64,000 bases of DNA from Raillietiella orientalis (Eukaryota): the NCBI GenBank assembly GCA_036172245.1, contig JAYWIR010000045.1, forward strand, positions 620,001 to 684,000, written 5' to 3'. Below the pieces are notes generated by a model. The model was not told the origin of the DNA, did not search any database, and worked only from the letters and a program-made list of their open reading frames with translations. Positions 48,850 to 60,399 of the stretch are shown one piece after another (within the stretch, counting starts at the first letter, position 1; the number at the start of each line of letters is the position of its first letter). The translations under genes and the position numbers were made by a program.

Positions 48850-51700
48850 CCAGACCTTCCCACTACCCTCTTTTCTCCATCACAAGACGACCAAAGGGAT
48901 CGATTTCAAGCAGATCCTCCCGCTGCTACCCCCAAGAGGGGTGGGTGGGAGACTTTCATCCTAGCACTCTCATCCTGGATCAGTGGGATGGTCGCACCAA
49001 CCTCCTGATCTCCTGTCTCCTGCATGGGCCGGAGGCACAGTGGGCCCGACTGGGTTTTCCCAGTCCGCTCATTCGCGACTCACTGGTCCGAACCGGAAGT
49101 GCTGGTTGGAAGTCCTGCCTCCCCACTGAGGAGTTGCGCGCGGAAAACATTCCTTCGAGTCGGTGCACCTGCGAGTGCATCGCTTGCGCGAATGGTGGCA
49201 CCAGCCCCAAACGAACGCACCTGACAGTGGTAGCGGTGGTAGAGGAGTACCACACAAGACGCGCGAACCCCAGTGCGAGGAGGAGGGGTGGAGGGGGGAG
49301 GGAAGAGAAGGAGGCATCCGCGCTTGACCAGCGCAGGCTTGCCCTTGGTAATGGTGATGGCCGCGAGGACAGCAGCCCCTCCGGCTGCCGAGGATGGCGT
49401 CCATGCGCCACGGCACCCCACGTTCCCACTGCAGGCTGTTCACGAGTGCCGGCAACGACCCCCGATCCCCCAGCCCATGACGAAAGTCTCTGCCTCGAGG
49501 GACGCTCGGAGCCTCTGCGGGCATTCGGGTGTGCGGCGCGTGAACTTAGGAACACGTGGAGACAGGTGGAAACATCCAGGATCAGGGAGTGCGAAAAGCT
49601 GAAGCCAGGCCCCTTTCCAAGGGAAGTCGATGGAAGCTGAGTGGGAGGATCGACTCGGGGTAGAGTTTGCGTTGGTACCCGCTCCCGATTTATGGGGGAG
49701 CCACATGTGCAGGAGGGAGGTGAGAGGCGCCACACACCTGAGGGCTCAGAGATCGGGCACAACTTCTGCCGACTTGTGAGCAAAATCAGACCGAACCAGT
49801 TGACCCTTCCTGAAGAGCCAGGTCATTACCAGTAGTACAGGTTCCTGGTATCCCTGAGGGCTCTTCCTTCCACTCCACCTCCCACTTTTCGAGCGGCGCT
49901 CTCGTCCGAGTGGCTCTCCGCTTCGAAGTGCGTCTTCCCAGCAAACTCTTGGGAGCGCATGAAAGTACCAGGAACGAGGGACCCCCAGGATGGAGGGTCT
50001 TCGTTTCCGGACAAGTCGAACCTCAATCCCGTGCTGCCCCCTCAGGAGGCGACGGCACACGATCGGCTTTCTTCTTGAGGGACTCCAGGTGTGCGCCGAT
50101 TCAATCGTTCTCGCACCTCCTGCTGCTGAGTCGGGGTCGGCAGCCTTCAAGCAGGCCGTTCCGAGAACCCACTCAAGGGCGAAGGTGGTGCTGGTGCTCC
50201 AGGGAGAGGGAATGGTCTGCAGCACTTCGCCAACTCATCCGGGACACGCCACCAGACCCTTTGCATTGGTCTGGGCACGACCGAAGAAGGGCGCGCGCGG
50301 AAGCGCCGAGTGCTCCCTCCCTCCGCTTCGCCATTGGAAGAGCGCCCGTCCGCCATCGAAGGAGAGATCCTGGAAGGGGACTCCTAGAACCCCAATACAC
50401 CTCAGTGGAAGCTTCCCAGCAAGCAAGCGGAGCACATCGAGAAATAGAAATAGGTGTGCTCCCTCGTGAGCAACATATATGGGAAGAATATAGGTCGGGT
50501 CCTCGCCTAGGATGGGAAAATCCATCGAGAAACAGAGGAAGTAAGAGAACTCGACTGAGAAGGTGGCGAACCTCTACCCCGAGGTATACCGAGATCTGCG
50601 ATTGTGAAAATTGTACCACCAATGGAAGATGGTGGACTCTCAGAAGCCCATGCCCCCCTCGCTCGACTATTAGCCTACTGCTCGCTAGGGAAGATCCTGG
50701 AGAGTCCCAGCCTGAGCTCGTGGGAAAAGCTGACCTCCTTGCCATAACGATGCCCTCCCTAAAGGAGGCTAATGGCAATAGCCAACCGGAGAGGTGGGAA
50801 TTTTTCTGAGAGATCGCAGGCAGAAGGAAGAGAAGGAAGCAGATGAGCGGATGGACCATGGGGCAGCTGACGGATGCTGTGACTCCAATTGCCATTCCAC
50901 AGGGACTTAAACGCTGGATCGAGCTGTTCTGTGTTCTTGGTATAGACCTGGAGGGGCACCCAGTGCTCAAGGATAGCAGCACCCTCCCCTTGTAGCGGCA
51001 GGAGTTGGCACTCCTGCTGCTGCACTGGGGTTTTCCCTGCAACTCTCATCGACATCACTGGACCCGAGGGCGGGGGCGAACCAGGACCGTCACAGGTGCG
51101 GGAAATGGTAATTCTCTCTCCCACACCTGCTTGCGGACTGTGTTGTCCTCCGGCCCCTATGGGAAAGTTTCGGGACGACCCTGCGGACCCCGGTTGGCAA
51201 CCCCAGGGATCTTGCAAAACTCCTCTTCATATGGAATGTCTTACCGCCAGCCGCCTCTCTAGCAGCTCTCTGCTGCCTCCCTGGGATTGTGGCTGTCTGG
51301 AGTGCAACCGAGAGAGGTGCGAACGACAGAGACAACGCCATCCACTTTGCGATGCGTTTCCTGAAGATAGCATTGAGGTGACTCCAACTGGGAAGCACGC
51401 GGTCCGAACTTGATGGCATCCTCAGGTGGAAGCCGAGTGATTCCCCAGAGCAGACAGTGAACCTTTCCCGGTCTTCCTTAGTGTTCTTTTTTTATTTCAG
51501 CCTTATTTTATTTATTGTTTTGGTTTTTTCTCCTCCCCTCCGCTGCCGAGATGAACTTTGGGGAGGAACTTTGGACGCTCACTGCTCCGCTTACGGGCGA
51601 CCCGGCAGGTTTGATGTTAAACTGAGCATGGTAAGACCACCTGTCTTACCACAGCCGTTGTAAGTTCGTTGTTAATTTCAGTAAACGTCCCGGAGTGACC
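48850..51700 (+). mobile_element. Degenerate L1/Tx1-like non-LTR retrotransposon (RT region to 3' end)
   Basis: Remnants in the expected order: AQWARLGFPSPLIRD (QxGF), GREDSSPS (GxRQGxPLS), LGV, PQDGGSSFPD (GGLG), HRCGK...PHLLADC (CCHC), IVAVWS, then a T-rich UTR and the terminal hairpin. Many frameshifts. Confidence 0.6.
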
Positions 51701-51730
51701 AGATGGAGATACATCCCCTCGCTTAGGTTC

Positions 51731-52920
51731 GTCACCCGGGGCATTTATTATAAAAAATTATAATAAAAGTTGTCAATATTACAAGTTCGTAGTAGAACAC
51801 TTGGTTCTACAACGCGCGAAGGACTTGCCAAAAACCAGTACGCGGAACGGTGAGGTTCGCTCCAGCGACAAAGGTGGAATTAAAGCCACAAACAAAAAGG
51901 AACAAAAAAGACAAAAAAAGGAGGAGGACGTTTTGGGGGGAAAGGGAGGCGGAGAAGGGATCACTGTTCGCCTAGAGATGTCCCCTCATTCTGTCCAGGA
52001 TGGTGACAACTGCTGTTTTTACACTGTTCAGGTGGGGCTTGCTGCCCCTTGGATTTTTAAGGGAAGATCTCGACGTGGTCTTCAAAAAGTTCCTCGTCCA
52101 GTGGATCGAGTCCCTGCCATTCTGGCCTGTTATCGCACGTTCCAGGCCGCCACGATTACCGCGGATGCAGCAGAGAACTGCTGAGGACGCGGCTGTCGGC
52201 AGAGCGGCACGCACCGAAAAATGCCCCTGGCGCCGAAAAATGCCCCTGGAACCGCCTCCTGGGGTTCCTAGGATCGTCGTCAGACGATCTCAAAGGGGAC
52301 AGAGGGCGGCACAATCCATCAAAAGGTGCGGGAAGGTCTCTCTCGCGCCGCACCTTTCACAAAGGACATCCACACTTCCTTGGTGTATAATGAGAGAGGC
52401 GGTCTCTGCATGGGATTCCCCGATGCAAGATAAGCAGTGCTCATCTCTGGTACTTGAGAAGGAGGAGGATGCCACTGTTCCAGAACTCTGGAGGCCAATT
52501 CACCTCCACCGAAGGTATCTCGAGCAGCTCGCCCCAACGTAGCAGTCTTTTTGGAGGAGCGCTCGGAGTCTCAGCGTCCGCTAGCTGCCGAGTTGTCCAC
52601 GCTTTCAAAAGTTTCTTCCTGCCTCCAATGAGACAGGACACTTCCCACTTTGCCGATTGATTGCTGTCCCTTGGGTTTTTCAGGGAAGAGAAGCAGCACT
52701 GGGGCAAGGGGGGGGGGGGGGTAAACGAGGCCCATAGCAGCTTGCTTGGGTTCCGCACGATTCCCTGTAGCGGCTGTAGAGCGTACCTCCCTTTCCGGAG
52801 GCAGACGTACTCCGCCCCTCTCGAGCCGTGGGTCTTCCCCCATGCTGAAACTGACTTCTGAAGACAGGCAATGTAGTTAGCAGGGAGGTAGGAGATCCAG
52901 GTGTTCTCCTGCACGAAGGC
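51731..52920 (-). mobile_element. 3' part of an L1/Tx1-like non-LTR retrotransposon
   Basis: CCHC zinc knuckle CERCGARETFPHLLMDC, then VIVAAWNVR (WxxRN-like), T-rich UTR, hairpin, AATAAA and the end motif. Confidence 0.7.
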
Positions 52921-52959
52921 AACTAATCGACGCAGATGATGGCCACATTGCCTCAGACT

Positions 52960-54450
52960 GGGCTCCTTGGCCGCGAAAATCGACGAGATGTTAAACTGAG
53001 AGTGGTAGGACTACGTGTCTTACCACAACCGCCTACCGTCCTCTCTCAGGTGGAAACGCTCAGATGGCACTCTCCAGGTGCGGTTCCCAGGAAAGAACAA
53101 AGCCATATACTTTCGTGTATTCTCGCATGTGCTGCTGGACCGCAGCACATGCGGGACCTCTTTATCTGAAGGCAAAGACGACAGGGAACTTTGGAAGACG
53201 AGGCAGCCGGGTCCAAATGACGCACTCGTGGGGTTGTTCCCTTCCATTATGGCCCGACGGCTGCACGGACTCCATTTCGAACCGTGCCATCATCCGGGGT
53301 GACGGAACCTCCCTCCCGCCGTCGCAGGAAGCGGCCTGTAGCTTTTATCTAGAGAGAATCCTTCCCGACACCTCTCCCGAGGTTCATTTGCCTCCCGGCA
53401 GAAAAAGCCTCGGGAATCTGGCTGGTGCGCTTCCTTTCCTGTTCGGTGCCGGACCTGGCGAGGACGCGCGTAGCACCACGCTTCGCGGGACCTTTTCCAA
53501 GATGGAAGCGGCGATTCTCCGCTACCCGAAAGGCGTTTCTCCCCTACGACAGACCATTCTTCTCCAAGCAGTGATTCGATTACGATGGTCGATTCCACAC
53601 ACTCAGCACTTTGGCGGAACGCCCGGGGCAAAGGAGCAGGATTGGCAGCAGTAGGCGAAGGCAACTTTTCCCGCTGAGTTTCTAGAAGGAGGGCGAGGCG
53701 ATGCTTTGGCTCGAGGGAAAAGAATGATGTCGTCCGACACCAGCTACAGTTTGGGGCAGCACCGGTTCGCAGCCTCTAGCAAGCCCCGAAATTCTTCTCC
53801 CTCAACATCCACCTATGAATTTGTTTCCCCTTCTCGGGCTGAACATGGCCCGCCTAGTCAACAGCCGTCCCGCGAGCTGGAGGGGTCTTCTTTCCCTAAA
53901 GACACTGGAAACACGTTCCTACTCCGTAAGTCTGCTTCCTTCTTTCCCGTTTTCTCCGAGCTAAAAGAGGAACGCCCCGGGCCGACTGCCCAGTCACCAA
54001 GTTCTACGTGGTGTGCTTGGACGAAGCTCGGACGGGAAAAAAAAAAGATGCCGCGGGACTATTTCTCGAAGGAACTCCAGATGCCAGAGATGCCGGAAGC
54101 AAAAAAGACCGACTGGTCCAAGGAAACCTGCCTGTTCTCGGTGGCACATCTGCGGCAGAACGCGTGGAATTTGAAACACCCCTCGGGAGGCGGGGACTCA
54201 TCCGCCTGCTTGGTTTTCGGCGGTGAATTCGTTCGACAGCAGCCAGCACTCAGATCGAGGGAGATGGATGGCGAAGATGACGAAAGGATTTCGGTTGTTT
54301 GGCTATTCGTTCCGCCAAGGAGCCTCGAATCTCGGGGTTCCTGGCGACTTTCCGGTGAGGAGAAAACCTGCCCCTTCTCCGCAGCCGTAAAGGCTCCTTG
54401 TTCAATGGCGTCAAAACGGCCTGCTCCCTGATCCACCGGAACTCGATGAT
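52960..54450 (+). mobile_element. Further non-LTR (L1/Tx1-like) fragments
   Basis: A 3'-hairpin copy at 52987-53030 matches 51613-51657. TPRADCPVTKFYVVC near 53972 resembles the pre-RT PGPDGxxxEFY motif. Confidence 0.45.
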
Positions 54451-56604
54451 CATTTTCGAGATGAGAAATTAAAAACGCTGAATTGATCCGCGCGTCGCTG
54501 AGAAGGGATCAGGACTGTCATGTGCACCAGCAGCTTCCCTGCCTGTCTGTGCGATAGTATCTTCTGCGTTTCTTTCCCGAAGGGTGATCTTGGAGTTCTC
54601 TGTCCTCAGCAGTGCTTGCAGTAAGGGAACCAAACATATCATCGGGGATTTTTCTCCAGCGGCCAGACAAGTGATCCGCCGTGTTTCATCAGCGACCTGC
54701 TGTTTTGCTCGACAGTCTCTCCCTCTCTCATTTCAGTCCTGACATCTGATTGCGCTCATTAGGAAAGGATGGTTAAGCAGAAATGCCGTTCTGGAGTGAA
54801 GTCTCTATTAGATGAGCAGTGAGATGTATTGCAACGCGGTGCTGCACAGTTCGCATCTCGGTAATCCTAAATAACAATCACCATTTCCGGTTGAGGAGCA
54901 GGAAATGCAGATTCCAGTCACACCTTGATCGCTCGATCGTCATCAGCTTGATTGCCCCAGGAGGACCACTTCGATTTGCAGTCTCGACCTCTGCGATGCA
55001 ATCATGCCACCATCTGATGGGATTCGTCATCATGAGTTACGTACCGAGGGTTCTGCATCGCTAAGAGCACGTACCGCGGCCCATCGAGGATTCTAATTTC
55101 CAGTTTTCGCGGAGCGCTGCTGTTGCTGCAGCAGCAGCAAATTACTCGAGTTGCTGAGACTGATTTTCCTGCTCGCACGGATTTCATTTCGTTGCCTTTC
55201 AGTTGCTCGGCCGGTGTTGCCTGCGTTTGTTTCGCTATGCATGATTCATGTCTGCCTCCAAAGTGTATCCTTTTGCATGATACACTTTGATTAAAGCAAC
55301 ACACAAACCATGACTGTTGCAGCACACAGAGGATGGTTACCACTATGTGTGCACCTGTGATTGTTCCCTACCGTTCGTTTCGTTAATTTCACATCTCTCG
55401 TTGATTCTAGTATGAAGATTTCGGTGTGCAGGGGAACCAAAATCAATAGGCTGCAACAACTGCCAGGTTGCTATGACCTGCCTATGCTCTTGATTGCCTC
55501 CTTTTATAAATGCTTTCCACTGAATCATTCCCATATGCCAAGAGAATATTTTGATCCTAGAGCTTGAATGCGTTCCGACACCTTGGAGACATGGGGGATA
55601 AGCACGTGTGCACACCCACACATACGCACACACAAAGAAATAAAATACCAAAACATGAAATGCGACAGAAACACAGGATGGGGCAAACATTGAAATTTTT
55701 GAAACCGAAATTCGCTTCAGCGAATGTAAGGTCGGGTGAGTCCCCTGCAGGTGTGGATGTAGAATTCAATTCTCACCAAAGTGTGGAATGTTTCTATTCC
55801 GTTCTGGTGGTCCGTCATCCACTTTCCTGACCAAAACCTGCTTCCTTAAGCATAACAACTAAAATACAGCACTTTGCTCACATAAATATAAAATCCGCTG
55901 TTTTTGTCTTTTCAAATTCTTGCCCAAAGTGGATGACATAATCGTGCATGCGTACCCAAGCCAAGTGGCTTGATCCACCTTGCCCAAAGTGGGTGCTAGA
56001 ATCCTAAGGGAAAATTTTTGTAGTGTAGAGAGCTTCGGAGGAAGCCAGAATGAATGCACTGCTCCCTAAAATGCTTTCCTTTACTGATACCTCCAGATGC
56101 ATACGTTAAGTCGAATCGAATCTTCGGAAATCACGAGCTCGGACATGTGAGATCGCATTTTATGCCAGCGGTGGTCAGCCAAGGGCGACAAGAGTCCGTC
56201 GCCGGGTCCGAGGGACGTCCACCCTCACGTAGGATGGAGCCGTTTCGTCATCGAGGCGAGGCTGCACGAGACGAGTGGCGAGCACAAACGAAGGACGGGA
56301 GGTGGAATCGCCCTCTGGACCAACGACCCTCTTCCCATCCCTATGTACTCTAAGGTGAACTGAGTTTTCAGTGTTACGTTGCACGTTCGCGATCGTACTA
56401 TTTTTATTTCTATTATTATTAATAAAAACAGTGCAGACGGCAATATCTCTTTGTCGGAAACGGCCCAAGATAATTCCAGTCAATCAAAGATATGATTATG
56501 CAAGCTAAATGTGAATGAATGTGTGCATGCATGCATACCTGCATATATGTGTACAAAACGCTGCATTCTAACAATGTTCTGTTGCGATTCTAAATTTTGA
56601 ATAG

Positions 56605-56954
56605 AAGATGGAGGGGGTCCCCCGAAAGGAGGGGAGGGGGAAAGATGGCTCCATTTGCAAAAGCGGAGGTGAGACACGAAGGGAACCGGTGCTCCTTGAT
56701 TCCCGGAAGGACCTTGGAAAGGCAACTTCCAATCCCGGCCGCTTATCGGGACATCCGGGGGTTCCCAGCCTCTACCCGTGCCGCCCCCGAATAGAGGCCA
56801 ACCAGCGTTATCTTGCGGAGGAACTCGAACCCACTACTCACCCCCATTTCCCCGGCGTCGACTCCCTCCTTCCCTCCCCGATGGTGGGGTTCGAACCCGC
56901 AACACTAGGTACAACGCGCAGAGAGTCCTCAGCCAAATGGCCGCCAACGCTGGC
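56605..56954 (-). mobile_element. tRNA-derived SINE, copy 1 (~350 bp)
   Basis: Minus-strand head GCCAGCGTTGGCGGCCATTTGG (A box) ... GGGTTCGAACCC (B box). The body is colinear with 59915-60230. Confidence 0.7.
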
Positions 56955-58299
56955 TTCTTTACTTCTTCCTACTTGCTTCACACAGTTTGTTCCTTATGAA
57001 TAGGGAAAAAGCTGTTGGAGCGAGAAAGACGTTGGCCACCACCGTGGAGGACCTGCTAAAAGGTACCCCAAAGGTTACGTAATCTCGAAATCTCTCGTAT
57101 CCTTGGTTAATGACAAAGATGCAGGGAGCGAAGTCGGGATGCCGCGCGTTTCCGTAAGCATCCACAGTGCTGACACTTTGAAACTTATAGTGCCAGAGCC
57201 TGGAGAGCGTTGCAGCAAAAAGGTCGCCTGCCGCTGACGGGAAACAGCATGACCTGGCTGTGCACCCGTGCCTGCCACGGGGACACATGCATGGTTATGC
57301 GGAAGAACGCACCCATGCACTCGTTCATTCCTCGTCATCAGCGTTTCGTCATATCCTTCCCGACACACCGGCAGCACGGCGTCTCAGTGGCATCCACGAT
57401 CCAACATCCACTCTTCTGTTTCTCCCCGTTATCGAAACCGGCATGGGATGCCCTAGTCCATCCCCTCCTCTTTTGAGATCCGCGTGTTGGTCCACGGAGA
57501 ATTCAGCGCGAACGCTGCTCTCGCGGGCAGGTGTGGGGGGAAGAAGAGTGACCACATCGGGTTTCTGACTCCCCTCCCCCTGCCCCGGTTGCGAGTGGCG
57601 GGAAATGAGGATTGACAATCCCTCGCGCGGGGACACTGGGGCACCTGGATGCGGGAACGGTCTCGCGGGCTCCCAGGAGCCTGCTCGTTCTCGCCGTATC
57701 CCCTCCGGCTCGCTTCCCGTCTTTCAGCCGGCTCACCGAAACTTACAGCGAGCGCTGCTGCCTTCTTGGCATGCACGCAGCCCTCGAAGAGCTTACGGAA
57801 GCACTGCTGGAGCAGGGAATGACGCGGACGAGGGAAATGAGGAGCAGCTCCCGTAAGAGTGGCCTGCAAGGAGGTCCCTGAAAGAGGTTTCTGGTGGAAC
57901 TGCGTCCCTACGAGGTGAAGCTGCAGGTAAGTGGGAGCAAGAGGTTCACATCGGTCACCTCAGTGACCAGCCTGAACCGGATGTGATCCCGGAAAGGGTA
58001 GCTTCGGAATTACTCGCACTCTGGGGCTTGAAGTTCATCATCGTGGGCTTTGGGCGGCTCATGCACCGATCGCTTTCAAGAAGAGGGAAGCATTCGTGGC
58101 CAGTCATCCGAGAGAGAGAGATGGGGTGGGGGTGGGGGGTGGGGGGAAGGAAAACTCAGGCTGGATGGTCCAGGGAGATCACGCGGCCTCTAGCCCGTCC
58201 CAGCAACGGGCGGCTCTCGACGGCAAGAGTTTTCCGCGTGGCAGCACCGCAAGTGGGGCGGCAACGAGCTGTTGGAAGAGTTGGAGTGATAGCTGGCCA

Positions 58300-59900
58300 G
58301 GGTTCGTCAGAGCTCCAACCCCATTGAATCCTCCCCCTGAGATGGCACGACTACGCCTTTCTGGATCTCGACCAGGAAAGCAGACCGCTGCCTAGGAGGA
58401 GGAGATGGAGATGGAAGAGGGTGGGCGGGGAAGGGCGGAATTCAGGGTTCGTTTGTTGGCTCTGTCCATCCAAAAAAGAAACGCCGGGCAAAGCTGTCGC
58501 TCTTGTCAGCCGAACCGAAGTGCTTCGCCTTACTTCCCATCCGTCTCCATTGACTAGCGCGTCTATGAATCCCTCCCCCCCCTTCTTTGGCCCTGCAAAA
58601 AGGAACAACAAAAAAAAAAAAAACGAGAAGAGGGAAAGTAAAGGGAAGAGGGAAAGAAAAAAACGAGAAGAGGGAAAGTTCTCCCATAAATAAGGGAGCT
58701 CCTAAAGAGCGCCGCTCGAATGACAGACCGAGAATGTTCCTACCCAAGTGATGACCAGGCTCCATAAAAAGAGAAGAGGAGGGGAGAGAATAAGCACTTC
58801 CTCAGCTGCCACTATTAGCTGCGATCGTCTCAAAGACGATGCCAATTTATAGAAAAGGAGAGCGCTCTCAGGAGGTAGGCAGGAAGAGGAGCAGGAGCAG
58901 GGAAGACGGTCGACTCTCTTGGTAGAAATGCAGGATCCTGGAGGAGGAGGAGGGAGGCAGGGGGGAAGGCGAGGGGAGAAGAGGGAGGAAAGAATGCGGA
59001 AGACTCGCCTACGAGAGAAACTCGCTACGGAGAAGGTCGACACCAGCCTCTCTCCACATGCTGGGCAGCGTCCCAGCACACCCCAGCGAAACGCCCAATG
59101 AAGCTAATCGTACCAGGACATCATTGCCTAATTGTTGTGATGGGTTCAGCAGCCATTTTCGACGCCAGGCGAGCTCGGTAGGACTTTCTGGAGCGGCGAG
59201 GGAAACACTGGAAGCCGGAATGGAGGAAGAAATCTGTTCGCGGGTCAATGTTCTCATTCCAGGTGTAGCTGGAGGATTTTCTTGAGATAAGTGGATGAAA
59301 TTGATTAATCCGAAAGGTCGGCAGTCTGCTAACGTGAGTCCACAACCCGGGTAGACAGGAGACACCGCACGGCCCTTCTAGCACACGCGGGAAGGGGGGA
59401 AAGGTGCAGAGAGCGAGGTCACGGAAAGTCACGAAGCCCTTCGCGCTGCAGAGAACGGCGTGAGCGAAGCGTGTGAAGTCACGCGCAAAGACCTCACTCG
59501 GAGCCTGCATGGTCAATCAAGTTTTTCGTGAGGGACTGCACCATCCTGCTGGCCAGCGGAGGGTTGGGGTACCCCGGCAAGGACTTCCCTATGAATTCAG
59601 GAAGGACTCCAGGGGAAGGGGAGTCCTTTCCTCTTACGCGCTATAAGAAAACCGTCGCTCTGGTTGTTTTTGAAGGGAACCTCTTCCTTATCCTCGCCAG
59701 AGGGACCCGCTGCAACGGATCCACTCGTCATTTCTTCTTCGGAGGGAACTGCCCCTTGTCACTTGCTCTGAAGAGAACACTGAAAGGTCACTTCCAAATT
59801 TTCTCTGAAAGACGCTCCCCGAAGGGATCAGCGCTCTTCTGACACTCTGGAGAAGCAACCCCCACCAAGGAAGGTATCAACCAGCTCCACGGTACGCAAT
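58300..59900 (-). mobile_element. DIRS-like retrotransposon relic (RNase H end, methyltransferase-like domain, tyrosine recombinase)
   Basis: In order on the minus strand: LPGYPNPPLASR (HIPGxxNxxADxLSR-like), PSEVFA (PxIDLFA-like), LCTFPPF (YAFPPF-like) and ISTKRVDRL (SAKRVSEL-like). Confidence 0.5.
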
Positions 59901-59914
59901 GGAGGATCTTCGTC

Positions 59915-60230
59915 GAGTTGGGGGGAAAAAGGAAGGTCAGCTCCCTTTTAGCAGCCGGAGAGGAACCTCGAAGGCAACCAGCTCCTAAATTCCTGAAAGG
60001 GACCCTGGAGGATCAACTAGCAATCCCGGACAGTTCAACGGGAGCATCTGGTTTTTCAGCGTCCACTAGTGACGCACCGGAATAGGACAAGCAGCACCAT
60101 CCTTCGGGGGGGGGGGAAGACTCGGTCTCACGATGCACCCCCATTTCTCTATTCTTCCCCAGGTGGGATTCGAATCTGCAGCGCGTGGTACCACGCTCGG
60201 ACATCATAGACACAAGGCCGCCAACGCGGG
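59915..60230 (-). mobile_element. tRNA-derived SINE, copy 2
   Basis: GCGTTGGCGGCC...GATTCGAATCCCACC...GAAATGGGGGTG...CCGGGATTG...GGAAT..AGGAGC aligns with copy 1 along its length. Confidence 0.7.
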
Positions 60231-60399
60231 CCTGCATACGGCATAGCCGAGAAGTGCTCTGAGCACACCTCCTGGGACCATCGTTCAGATGAAGCATTTG
60301 AAGCAGCATGCGCACCGCACCAATAGACTCTCACCGTAGTCGAGAACGCCGCAGCCCAAGTCTTTGGTTCAGGTCTCAGCGTCGGGTTTTCTGAATCGA

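Noticed and set aside
46642..54436. Several 200-300 aa ORFs as host genes
   Set aside because: They overlap on both strands, are R/P/S/G-rich and fall within frameshifted retroelement relics.
56150..56205. GDGLL...WHKMR resembling a cytochrome P450 WxxxR helix
   Set aside because: No other P450 motifs (ExxR, PERF, FxxGxRxC) were found nearby, so it is probably coincidence.
56875..56954. Functional tRNA gene
   Set aside because: A and B boxes are present but there is no proper acceptor or anticodon stem, and homology continues for about 270 nt into a repeated body, which indicates a SINE.
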